From positions 1 to 25,089 of IMG/VR virus record IMGVR_UViG_3300044614_000089: a stretch of DNA of 25,089 nucleotides; one strand, written 5' to 3'. The position numbers were made by a program, and so were the translations under genes. Shown here in pieces: positions 17,692 to 24,926 of this stretch. Positions within the stretch are counted from its first letter, which is position 1, and every line of letters begins with the position of its first letter. Below the pieces are notes generated by a model. That model saw only the letters and a program-made list of their open reading frames with translations, did no database searches and was not told the DNA's origin. This DNA comes from a virus. Its lineage: Duplodnaviria > Caudoviricetes.

Positions 17692-17754
17692 CAAATATAT
17701 AACGCTTTTTAATACCAAAAAAAACTTTAACAAAATTTTAACAAAACTTTAACA
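17692..17754 (-). promoter_or_regulatory. Bacteroidota-type sigma70 promoter with three upstream TGTTAAA direct repeats
   Basis: -7 element TATATTTG (17692-17699), TTTG at 17716-17719; repeats start at 17726, 17737 and 17748 (11-bp period). Confidence 0.7.
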
Positions 17755-17890
17755 TTTTACTAGCTACTTGATACATAGCTTTCATCTTCTTAATCTCTCC
17801 TACAGTTCTAGGTAAGTTAATCTGTACTTCTTTTCCTGTGCTATGATGTATGTAGCATTGTATTACTGCTATTATTTCGCCGTAAGTCAT
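17738..17890 (-). CDS. Small hypothetical protein (50 aa) downstream of TerL
   Basis: Read by hand: MTYGEIIAVIQCYIHHSTGKEVQINLPRT...KFC*; starts 1 nt after the TerL stop. Confidence 0.6.
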   Translation of the reverse strand: MTYGEIIAVIQCYIHHSTGKEVQINLPRTVGEIKKMKAMYQVASKMLKFC

Positions 17891-17891
17891 A

Positions 17892-19100
17892 CTAGTAAAC
17901 GTAATAATTACCTTTGTGCTTATTCTCTAATTGATAACTAACAGCATATCGTAAAGCATCAAGTAAGTGATTGTGATTATCGATAGGAGTGTTTGATTTC
18001 TTTTCTAACCAAACGTAATTGTTTAACTCTTTAATTAAGTTAACTGATTCAGGTGTTATTATTAAATCGTAATCTTGTAGTAAAGATATTCCATAAGTAA
18101 CAGAACCTGGTCCTTTAATTGCAGGTGTAATATTTAAACCTGATTGTGCTAACTCAGTTATTAATCTTGGCTCAGCACTATCTGCTATTATAAGTCCATC
18201 GTTAACGTATTGCTTATTTAAATTGAATATCTGCGAAGTTGTAAGGTTAGGTAAGTAAAAGCATTCATTAATATAAATTCGTTTGTTAGAAACGTCTATA
18301 TTACATTCCACCAAAGTTGACGGATCTGATGAAAATCCGAAATCTTGTCCCCAGACAGTTTTTCCTACGTGTTCGTACTTACCAATACTCCAATTATTAA
18401 AGATAACACCATCTGCTTTTTGTAACCAGCCACCCTCGATTTGATGTTTAAACTTTTCAGGTCTGCGTTTCTTTATATCTTCTATTTGAGTTATAAAAGA
18501 TTCAGATAGGTTATCTAAGTTATCTAAGTAAGTTGTGTGTATGTAAGTAGTATCTTGTTTAGTTGTATTGCTACCTTCCTGGACTCCTTTACTTTCAAAG
18601 AAACGTTTATATATCCAATGTTCTTTTGTAGTAGGGTTAAGTATTAATATAACTCTATTCTGTTTTTCTTTACTTCTAATAGACAAATCTATCTTATCGA
18701 AAGTATCTTCATCTACTAGTTCTTCTGCTTCATCTAGTACCCAAGTAGTAACACCTTGTAAAGATTTAAGATTAGCTGTTTGATCTCCACTACTTGTTTT
18801 GATTCCTTTAAATAATATCTTACTACCAGTTCTTAGGTTTACTATTTCTTCTTTCGTTATATGGAAGTCGTTGTTTAAACCTAAAGTATCTATCTTATCT
18901 ATAAACTCAGGTATAATAGAAATATAAGCAGATGTTAAAGTATATCTTGTAAATAGTATTGTGTGTCCTGCTTCATAAGTAAGCATAGTTAGTAGTAGAT
19001 TCACTGAGTAAGATTTACCAGATCCTCTACCACCTGTAACTACAAAATATCTACTATCGGCTTCACCAATAACTCGATACTTGTTATTTATTTGAATCAT
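17892..19100 (-). CDS. terL: Terminase large subunit (PBSX family)
   Basis: Walker A GGRGSGKS, Walker B WVLDEAEE, nuclease motifs GQDFGFSSDP and HLLDALRYA; start likely MIQINNKY at 19100. Confidence 0.95.
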   Translation of the reverse strand: MIQINNKYRVIGEADSRYFVVTGGRGSGKSYSVNLLLTMLTYEAGHTILFTRYTLTSAYISIIPEFIDKIDTLGLNNDFHITKEEIVNLRTGSKILFKGIKTSSGDQTANLKSLQGVTTWVLDEAEELVDEDTFDKIDLSIRSKEKQNRVILILNPTTKEHWIYKRFFESKGVQEGSNTTKQDTTYIHTTYLDNLDNLSESFITQIEDIKKRRPEKFKHQIEGGWLQKADGVIFNNWSIGKYEHVGKTVWGQDFGFSSDPSTLVECNIDVSNKRIYINECFYLPNLTTSQIFNLNKQYVNDGLIIADSAEPRLITELAQSGLNITPAIKGPGSVTYGISLLQDYDLIITPESVNLIKELNNYVWLEKKSNTPIDNHNHLLDALRYAVSYQLENKHKGNYYVY

Positions 19101-19380
19101 TAAATGTGAATAGATTTCTAAAGTCAATATTAAACCCTTCGCTAGAATTAATATCGATACTTTGGTTTGGTTTTCCTAAATAGTATTCTAAGAATAATTG
19201 TGCTGCTTTTATATCTTGCTTAGTTACTGCTTTAGAGTGTACCATCTTAATAACTGATATTACATCTTCTACAGTTGCAGCTTGTTCTAATGCACTACGA
19301 TATTCATTCTTTCTTTTATCAGCTCCATTTGACTTGGTACTGTTACCACCATTGAACTTTCTTTTATCTATCTTTTCCAT
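19084..19380 (-). CDS. terS: Terminase small subunit
   Basis: Directly upstream of and overlapping TerL; D.R..NGG start and A...D.KAAQL.LEY..GKP motif; start likely ATG at 19380. Confidence 0.7.
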   Translation of the reverse strand: MEKIDKRKFNGGNSTKSNGADKRKNEYRSALEQAATVEDVISVIKMVHSKAVTKQDIKAAQLFLEYYLGKPNQSIDINSSEGFNIDFRNLFTFNDSNK

Positions 19381-19405
19381 ATCAATAAAAATCAACTATT
19401 GTTTA

Positions 19406-19435
19406 TTTAAAAATAATATAAATAGCTAATTGTTA
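19406..19435 (-). promoter_or_regulatory. Putative late promoter (ACAA-N15-ATTTTTAAA)
   Basis: Upstream of the terminase genes. Confidence 0.65.
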
Positions 19436-20281
19436 AACTCCACAATAACCTGAATCACATTCATTAAAATCATTTTCATATAATTCAAATTGCGGCTGCC
19501 ATTTTTTAATATCGTAAAAAGAAAGATTTTTATCTTTATACCATACATCTTTATTATGCTTTACTCTTTCCTTATCTGCAAACCATTCTAATTTATTTTC
19601 GTGCTTATCCCACATTTTTCTAATTAATAAAGGATTCTTATGAAAACATCCTACACAATTATTCATCCAAGCAAATCGAACAGGTTTATCTTTCCAAAAT
19701 AACTCTATTGCATCTTTATATATGTTATCTTCTATTAATGGATATACAGGTTTTTGCCATTCTATATTTTTCCATTTATTTCTACCATTTTCTGATTTAC
19801 CTACAATAGCTTTCATTTCTAAAAAACCATTACTATTTACTTTGCTAGTTGTCCTTACAGCTCTATTAGTTTCATTAGCTCTAAAACCTAATCTAAATTC
19901 ACAAGGTATATTAATTTCATTTCTCCACCAGTTAAACATTGGTTCTAACTTTAATTGTGTAGTGCAATATCTTCTTAATGGATCTGGTAAACATCCTGCT
20001 GAATTTAATACATCTTCAAATGTTTTTCCTGCTACCCAATCTATTTTAGTACCTATAAATTGTTCTAAATCTAATATAGTATTAATAATGATATCATCTT
20101 CTAAAGTTCCTATAAATTCTTTTCCTATTTTATCACTTACTATTTGTCTTACTTTTGCATCAGGATAAATACATTTCTTATCATTTGTAGTAACTAAAGA
20201 AAATACATTATAATCTGCTTTGTAATTAGCAGCAATATAAGCTGATGTTTTACCACCTGAAATACTATTTACTGTTTTCAT
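19433..20281 (-). CDS. PAPS-reductase/PP-loop family protein with Cys clusters
   Basis: SGGKTS PP-loop, R.CT..LK..P, G.RA.E..R, NCVGCF and C-terminal CDSGYCG; start likely MKTVNS at 20281. Confidence 0.75.
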   Translation of the reverse strand: MKTVNSISGGKTSAYIAANYKADYNVFSLVTTNDKKCIYPDAKVRQIVSDKIGKEFIGTLEDDIIINTILDLEQFIGTKIDWVAGKTFEDVLNSAGCLPDPLRRYCTTQLKLEPMFNWWRNEINIPCEFRLGFRANETNRAVRTTSKVNSNGFLEMKAIVGKSENGRNKWKNIEWQKPVYPLIEDNIYKDAIELFWKDKPVRFAWMNNCVGCFHKNPLLIRKMWDKHENKLEWFADKERVKHNKDVWYKDKNLSFYDIKKWQPQFELYENDFNECDSGYCGV

Positions 20282-20411
20282 ATTTTTGTTTAAGTATCTT
20301 TCTATATAAATCATTTACTGATTCTTTATTACAACCTCTATTATAGTAGAAGTTCATCACTCTTTTTATTCTTTGTAGATCTGATTGCTTTTGTTTTTCT
20401 TTTGCTGTCAT
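20265..20411 (-). CDS. Small hypothetical protein (48 aa)
   Basis: Read by hand: MTAKEKQKQSDLQRIKRVMNFYYNRGCNKESVNDLYRKILKQKYENSK*; fills the gap with overlaps on both sides. Confidence 0.55.
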   Translation of the reverse strand: MTAKEKQKQSDLQRIKRVMNFYYNRGCNKESVNDLYRKILKQKYENSK

Positions 20412-20593
20412 AACTTTTCTATTTCTTGTTTAACTTCTTGCCAATATATTTTTGCAATTGGATGCGTATAAAATTCATTAATTATTTCTTCAACTGCTAT
20501 TAATGCGAATTGTTTTGCAAAGCTAATTGTATTCATTGGAATTGCATTGTAATACTTTAACATTAATTCTCTAGCTTTATCATTTGGTTTCAT
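20408..20593 (-). CDS. Hypothetical protein (start revised to MKPNDKAREL)
   Basis: AKQ.ALIAV.EI...YWQEVKQEIEKL pattern; ATGA overlap with the upstream gene. Confidence 0.65.
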   Translation of the reverse strand: MKPNDKARELMLKYYNAIPMNTISFAKQFALIAVEEIINEFYTHPIAKIYWQEVKQEIEKL

Positions 20594-20814
20594 AATCTTA
20601 TTTCTATTTTTTGTGTTGAACAACTCATTTTATGTGCTCCATTAAATTGATGGCATTTACTACAATATTCCCAATACATACTACAATTAATAGCATCTTC
20701 TTCTCTATTAGGTATTAAGTAAGATTGTCTATAGTTATCAGGTGTTGCTTTAAACCTGTAACAAGTTTCTTTTGATTTACAAAGTGTATCTCTACACATA
20801 GCTATATCTGCCAT
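20590..20814 (-). CDS. Small Cys-rich hypothetical protein
   Basis: MADIAMC....C.....CYRF plus C..C......H...C. Confidence 0.65.
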   Translation of the reverse strand: MADIAMCRDTLCKSKETCYRFKATPDNYRQSYLIPNREEDAINCSMYWEYCSKCHQFNGAHKMSCSTQKIEIRL

Positions 20815-20897
20815 AATTTAAATATTAAAATTCCTATTGTTATTATTATACTCCAAGAAATTATCTCTACTATTCTTTGTTGTTGTTTATTATTCAT
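20802..20897 (-). CDS. Small membrane peptide (31 aa)
   Basis: Read by hand: MNNKQQQRIVEIISWSIIITIGILIFKLWQI*. Confidence 0.5.
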   Translation of the reverse strand: MNNKQQQRIVEIISWSIIITIGILIFKLWQI

Positions 20898-20900
20898 ATT

Positions 20901-21077
20901 TTAATCTTCTTTTAGTTCATCAGCTAATTCTAAAATAGCTCTTTTAAATTGTTGCTCGTTAAAGGTTGCTTGTATTAATAAACCTTTAAATAGTTGTAGG
21001 TATTCGTCAAGCGTTACATCGTCGTGTTCTGTTTCAACTATGTACTTGTATCCGTAGTTTTCTAATTGTAGTTTCAT
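20901..21077 (-). CDS. Small acidic hypothetical protein (58 aa)
   Basis: Read by hand: MKLQLENYGYKYIVETEHDDVTLDEYLQLFKGLL...LKED*. Confidence 0.6.
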   Translation of the reverse strand: MKLQLENYGYKYIVETEHDDVTLDEYLQLFKGLLIQATFNEQQFKRAILELADELKED

Positions 21078-21080
21078 ATC

Positions 21081-21281
21081 TTACTTTTTTAATAGTTTTT
21101 TAAAATGCTGTATAAATTCATATTCTGTAAATGGTTTATTTTCTTTATCAAATGTCCACATTCTAAATATTTTTTCTTTTGATTTTTCTTTATAAATCAT
21201 TTTATAAGAAGTAATTTCTTCTTCTTTAAGGTTTGGTAATAATATTGTAGCTTTTTTAATTTTAATATCAATTATTTTCAT
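21081..21281 (-). CDS. Hypothetical protein
   Basis: 66-aa Lys-rich ORF with 3-nt gaps to both neighbours. Confidence 0.55.
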   Translation of the reverse strand: MKIIDIKIKKATILLPNLKEEEITSYKMIYKEKSKEKIFRMWTFDKENKPFTEYEFIQHFKKLLKK

Positions 21282-21284
21282 ATC

Positions 21285-21599
21285 TTAAACTATTTTGTGT
21301 CCGTTAATATTATATCCTTTTTTTACTGCTATTGATATTACAGGTAGTTTAACTTTTAAAAATGTAGCTGCTTCTTTATAGGTAGTAAATGTATAGAATT
21401 CTTTTTCTGGTGATAGTATTGTAATTGTTTTTCTTTTCTTAGTTTTTATCTTACCATCGTAAGTATTATCTACTATAGTTTGTAAGCAAGAAAAGTCGTC
21501 TTGTTCCCATTGGTTGTATTGTTTATCCCATAGGTAGCACTTAGGTTGTTTTCTAAGTACATCTATTACTTCATAGATATTTAATTGTTGTGGTGTCAT
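21285..21599 (-). CDS. Hypothetical protein with a C-terminal NUMOD1-like helix-turn-helix
   Basis: F.T.KEAA.FL.V....IS.A...G...NG pattern. Confidence 0.55.
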   Translation of the reverse strand: MTPQQLNIYEVIDVLRKQPKCYLWDKQYNQWEQDDFSCLQTIVDNTYDGKIKTKKRKTITILSPEKEFYTFTTYKEAATFLKVKLPVISIAVKKGYNINGHKIV

Positions 21600-22008
21600 A
21601 TCCTACTTCTTTTTTAAATTCTTTTAATAAATCTTTTACATCAATAATAACTAGTTCGCTATCTTTTAATAACCAATATGCAAACTCTACAGCATATTCA
21701 TCAGGTGTAATATATTTGCTTATCTTTTCTCCTGCTAGTAATTGTATTGCTGCACTATACTTTTCTCTTAAGTCCTTATCATAATCTTTAATATCGTTAA
21801 ATACATTTATTCCGTGTAATACTGTAGCGTGGTTTTTATCTAGTGTATCTCCTATCTCTTGTAATGAATAACCTCTATCTCTTAATAGCTTATAGTAAAT
21901 CATTCTAGCTTCTATAAACTCATACTTTCTTGTTTTAGTTGTTATATCTACTCCTGTTACTTTTTGTATTGTATTTAATATCTTAGTTTTTATTTCTTCT
22001 TTAATCAT
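21571..22008 (-). CDS. DnaA C-terminal (domain IV)-like DNA-binding protein
   Basis: RK.E..EAR.....L.....SL.EIG....KNHATVLHG matches the DnaA domain IV HTH signature; no AAA+ domain. Confidence 0.75.
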   Translation of the reverse strand: MIKEEIKTKILNTIQKVTGVDITTKTRKYEFIEARMIYYKLLRDRGYSLQEIGDTLDKNHATVLHGINVFNDIKDYDKDLREKYSAAIQLLAGEKISKYITPDEYAVEFAYWLLKDSELVIIDVKDLLKEFKKEVGYDTTTIKYL

Positions 22009-22229
22009 TTCTTAAATTTTAATCTTATTTTACTTCCTAATTGTTTTGCAAATACAGTTAAAGTTATAAAAGATACTATTTCAATAGCTCGATAGATACC
22101 AGCACAAACTTCGTAATCTTCTACGGCTTCATACTCTGTAATAATATCTCTTAGTTCATCTATTGTAGATCCGTTTTCAAGCTCATACAAAGCTATTTTA
22201 AAGTGTTCTTCTATTCTTTCTTTATCCAT
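22005..22229 (-). CDS. Hypothetical protein
   Basis: 74 aa with an EDYE.CA motif; coupled to both neighbours. Confidence 0.6.
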   Translation of the reverse strand: MDKERIEEHFKIALYELENGSTIDELRDIITEYEAVEDYEVCAGIYRAIEIVSFITLTVFAKQLGSKIRLKFKK

Positions 22230-22993
22230 TATAATATTCCTCTTAGTACATATTGGTCTAAATCTACTCCTTCAGTTTGAAAGAAGTATTTATAGTTACT
22301 AATACCTTGCTTAAACTTTTCTTCACCTCTAGCGTAAAATTCATCACTACATTCAAATATAGCTATATCTAAACTACCTTTATCTATTGCAATAAATACA
22401 AAGTTATCTACACCAAACATTTCTTTATATAACCAAGCTTGTAAATCGTAACTATATTTATCTGCTGAGTATCTAAAATCTTTTATACCTGTAGTAGTTT
22501 TTAAATCTATAATAGTATTGCCTTTTAGTATATCTGCTTTTGCTCTAATTGGTATACCATCTATCATAGCTATTTGTGGCACTTCAAATTCTGCTTTAGT
22601 CAAGTATTCTTTTACTGCTTCATTTCTAAACAAAGCGTCTGTTAATCTTTCTGCTGCTTTTAGTTCACTATTAGTATAAACTTCTTTACCAGTTTCTTTT
22701 GCTAGTTTATATTCTTTACTTGCTTTTGTAGCAGCTTCTACAAATACCATATCGTCTAATTTATTTGGCTCTAATACCATTGTATGGAATAGTTTACCAT
22801 CTCTTAAAGCTTGTGTTTCTCCTGATCCGTATTTAGTTGTAAAGTAATAAGTTTTAGGAGAAGATAATAATGTTTTAATACTTGAACTACTTAAAGCGTT
22901 TTTACCTAAGTAATCATAGTAAAAACTATCATCGTACATATTATTTAATATTTCTTCTTTATCCCAAACTTTGCCATCAAATGTAGTTATCAT
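22229..22993 (-). CDS. RecE/exodeoxyribonuclease VIII-like PD-(D/E)XK nuclease
   Basis: LS.S..K, G...H...LEP, KAD, IIDLKTT and Y..Q...Y motifs. Confidence 0.85.
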   Translation of the reverse strand: MITTFDGKVWDKEEILNNMYDDSFYYDYLGKNALSSSSIKTLLSSPKTYYFTTKYGSGETQALRDGKLFHTMVLEPNKLDDMVFVEAATKASKEYKLAKETGKEVYTNSELKAAERLTDALFRNEAVKEYLTKAEFEVPQIAMIDGIPIRAKADILKGNTIIDLKTTTGIKDFRYSADKYSYDLQAWLYKEMFGVDNFVFIAIDKGSLDIAIFECSDEFYARGEEKFKQGISNYKYFFQTEGVDLDQYVLRGIL

Positions 22994-22994
22994 A

Positions 22995-23204
22995 TTATCT
23001 TATTTTAATGTTATTTAATAATTGTTCTGTTTCGTCCATTTGCAAAGCGTTTCTAATTTCTTGTGCATACATATCACTTAAATCAAATTCTTTGCTTAAA
23101 GCAGCTATAATATCCATTAAATTAGCTACTAAATAAACATCTTCTCTAGCTTCCGATAAAGCTAATAATTTTTCTAGTTTTGTAATAATTTCTTGCTTGT
23201 TCAT
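22995..23204 (-). CDS. Hypothetical protein
   Basis: 69 aa, first gene behind the promoter at 23228. Confidence 0.6.
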   Translation of the reverse strand: MNKQEIITKLEKLLALSEAREDVYLVANLMDIIAALSKEFDLSDMYAQEIRNALQMDETEQLLNNIKIR

Positions 23205-23227
23205 AGTGTTTGTTTTTAAATTATATA

Positions 23228-23279
23228 CAAATATAAAACTTCTATTTTAACTACAAAACTTTTTAACAAATATTTAACA
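23228..23279 (-). promoter_or_regulatory. Bacteroidota-type sigma70 promoter with two upstream TGTTAAA direct repeats
   Basis: TTTG-N18-TATATTTG (23228-23257); repeats start at 23262 and 23273. Confidence 0.75.
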
Positions 23280-23306
23280 AAAAAAAGGAAGCTATTTGCT
23301 CCCCTT
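23279..23306 (-). terminator. Rho-independent terminator
   Basis: Minus strand AAGGGGAGC-AAATA-GCTTCC followed by T8. Confidence 0.8.
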
Positions 23307-23435
23307 AATTTGTGCTATACAAATACTGTATCGTTGATCTTTATCTGGGTATTCTTCTACCATTATATCATCAATCATACATCTTTGTATAAACTCTTTT
23401 TCTTTTTCTTCTGGTTGTGGTGTTGGTATTGGCAT
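23292..23435 (-). CDS. Small two-Cys protein (47 aa)
   Basis: Read by hand: MPIPTPQPEEKEKEFIQRCMIDDIMVEEYPDKDQRYSICIAQIKGSK*. Confidence 0.7.
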   Translation of the reverse strand: MPIPTPQPEEKEKEFIQRCMIDDIMVEEYPDKDQRYSICIAQIKGSK

Positions 23436-23443
23436 AGTATAAA

Positions 23444-23686
23444 TTATTTATTGTTTTCAATCCATTCAGCTTGTAATCTTTCGTAGTGGTCTATTTCTCT
23501 TTCTAAGTAATCTAATGCTTTTCTTAGATCCTGTAGTTCGTTATCTTTCTTTCCAGCTCTAGCTAGGTATTTAATTATATTACCTCTATTGAAGTTTAAG
23601 TTATAATCTTTAATAAAATCTATTACATCATAACCTTTGTTATTTTCGTAATGTAACTGTGTTGCTCTCATATCTACTTGTGCCAT
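23444..23686 (-). CDS. DUF3310 (SaV-like) protein
   Basis: HY.....DVIDFI....LNF..GN.IKY..RAGKK....DL.KA..YL signature. Confidence 0.8.
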   Translation of the reverse strand: MAQVDMRATQLHYENNKGYDVIDFIKDYNLNFNRGNIIKYLARAGKKDNELQDLRKALDYLEREIDHYERLQAEWIENNK

Positions 23687-24036
23687 TATTCTATTCTTAA
23701 AAATTCAGATTCAGCGTATTCTAAAAACCATTCTTTGTTAGTTTCGTACTTTTCTATAATAGCTTCTAACATTACTAATTCATCAATAGTTTTAGTTGCT
23801 AATTTGTGTACTAAACTTTCTATCTTTCTTTCTATGTTTAAAAGCATTTCAGGTTCTGATTTGTGCATCTTAACATATTCTTCACTAACTATACTTTCAA
23901 GGTCTTTATTTAAAGAGTTAATTCTATTCTTTAAACTTTGTCTGTATTGTGTAGTTGTTTTTAAATTATCGTTAGCTTCTAAAAGTAGTTGCCCTAAGAT
24001 AATTGATTTTAAATATTCTAGTTGTATTATATTCAT
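23686..24036 (-). CDS. Hypothetical helical protein
   Basis: 116 aa, coupled to both neighbours. Confidence 0.6.
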   Translation of the reverse strand: MNIIQLEYLKSIILGQLLLEANDNLKTTTQYRQSLKNRINSLNKDLESIVSEEYVKMHKSEPEMLLNIERKIESLVHKLATKTIDELVMLEAIIEKYETNKEWFLEYAESEFLRIE

Positions 24037-24164
24037 AGTTTATTTTTTAATTGTTTTTTAAATTCTTTGTATTCATCTAAAGCTATAAGCCAAATTAAAG
24101 TAGCTGCAGGAACTAATATAATTACAGCCAAAATCAAAAATAAAATTCCAATAAGTTTTTCCAT
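24033..24164 (-). CDS. Small membrane protein (43 aa)
   Basis: Read by hand: MEKLIGILFLILAVIILVPAATLIWLIALDEYKEFKKQLKNKL*; one transmembrane segment and a basic tail. Confidence 0.6.
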   Translation of the reverse strand: MEKLIGILFLILAVIILVPAATLIWLIALDEYKEFKKQLKNKL

Positions 24165-24566
24165 TTATATTTCTTTTAAAATGTTTTCAGGTTGTATTTT
24201 TAAATAAGTTACTTCTTTTGATACTTTGTATCGTAAACTAAAGTGTGTAGAAGCAGGATTTTTGTTGTTAGTTTCCCAATCAGGTTTTACCATTAGTAAA
24301 TTCCAAAAGTAAACACCCCTTGGAGTAGAATTAACATAAATAGGAATATCTAAATGCTTTTCACATTCTACTAACATAGCATCATATTTCTTCTTTTCTA
24401 AAAGCATATTATCGTAGTGTGCCGTTCTACACTTCAATTCTATTCTGTGTTTGAATTGTGGTGAATAGCAATCCCATCGGCTCATTTGGTTTTTAGATTT
24501 AACCAAGTCCTTATAGATATTTTCTTTTAGCCAAAGAAATAGATCTTGTTCGTTCCAGTTATGCAT
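24165..24566 (-). CDS. PD-(D/E)XK-like nuclease-fold protein
   Basis: WDC.......IELKCR...Y...LLEK.KY pattern. Confidence 0.6.
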   Translation of the reverse strand: MHNWNEQDLFLWLKENIYKDLVKSKNQMSRWDCYSPQFKHRIELKCRTAHYDNMLLEKKKYDAMLVECEKHLDIPIYVNSTPRGVYFWNLLMVKPDWETNNKNPASTHFSLRYKVSKEVTYLKIQPENILKEI

Positions 24567-24924
24567 CCTGTTGAGTTTCGTAAACTTTTCTTAAATCGTT
24601 CAAGGTATCTCTCCAGCAACTAGCACAGTTACTATCTTGTATTACTTCATTAAAAACAGCTTTATAAATATCTTTAATTCTCCATTGTTCTTTTGGTGTT
24701 AAAGTTTCTTTTTTAAACTGAAAGTAAGGTAGTAAAAATTCTATATCTTCATCGTTTAAGCAGTTTGGTTTTCTGTAACTCCAAATCTTATTTAGAAATT
24801 CTTTTCTACCTTCACAGCCACAATTTTCTCCTAAAACAGATTTAACAACTTTTGCAACTCCTGTAGATTCTAAAACATTTTCTACTGTATCGCCCAATCC
24901 TTGAGCTTTTCTTTTTCTTGCCAT
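24559..24924 (-). CDS. Hypothetical Cys-motif protein
   Basis: GLGDTVE, CGC..RKE.LN and C..C motifs. Confidence 0.65.
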   Translation of the reverse strand: MARKRKAQGLGDTVENVLESTGVAKVVKSVLGENCGCEGRKEFLNKIWSYRKPNCLNDEDIEFLLPYFQFKKETLTPKEQWRIKDIYKAVFNEVIQDSNCASCWRDTLNDLRKVYETQQDA

Positions 24925-24926
24925 AA

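Noticed and set aside
17653-17733. N-terminal extension of track ORF 17470-17733
   Set aside because: It spans the promoter and A-rich leader; ATG at 17652 is the more plausible start.
19433-20281. Complete Dnd/Ssp phosphorothioation system
   Set aside because: Only the PP-loop protein is present; no cysteine desulfurase or DndD/DndE/SspBC-like partner is recognisable in the window.
864-24207. All plus-strand ORFs in the track (e.g. 864-1076, 4141-4407, 19722-20168, 23678-24061)
   Set aside because: Each lies antisense to a well-supported minus-strand gene, many have non-ATG starts, and none has a recognisable motif; they are shadow ORFs.
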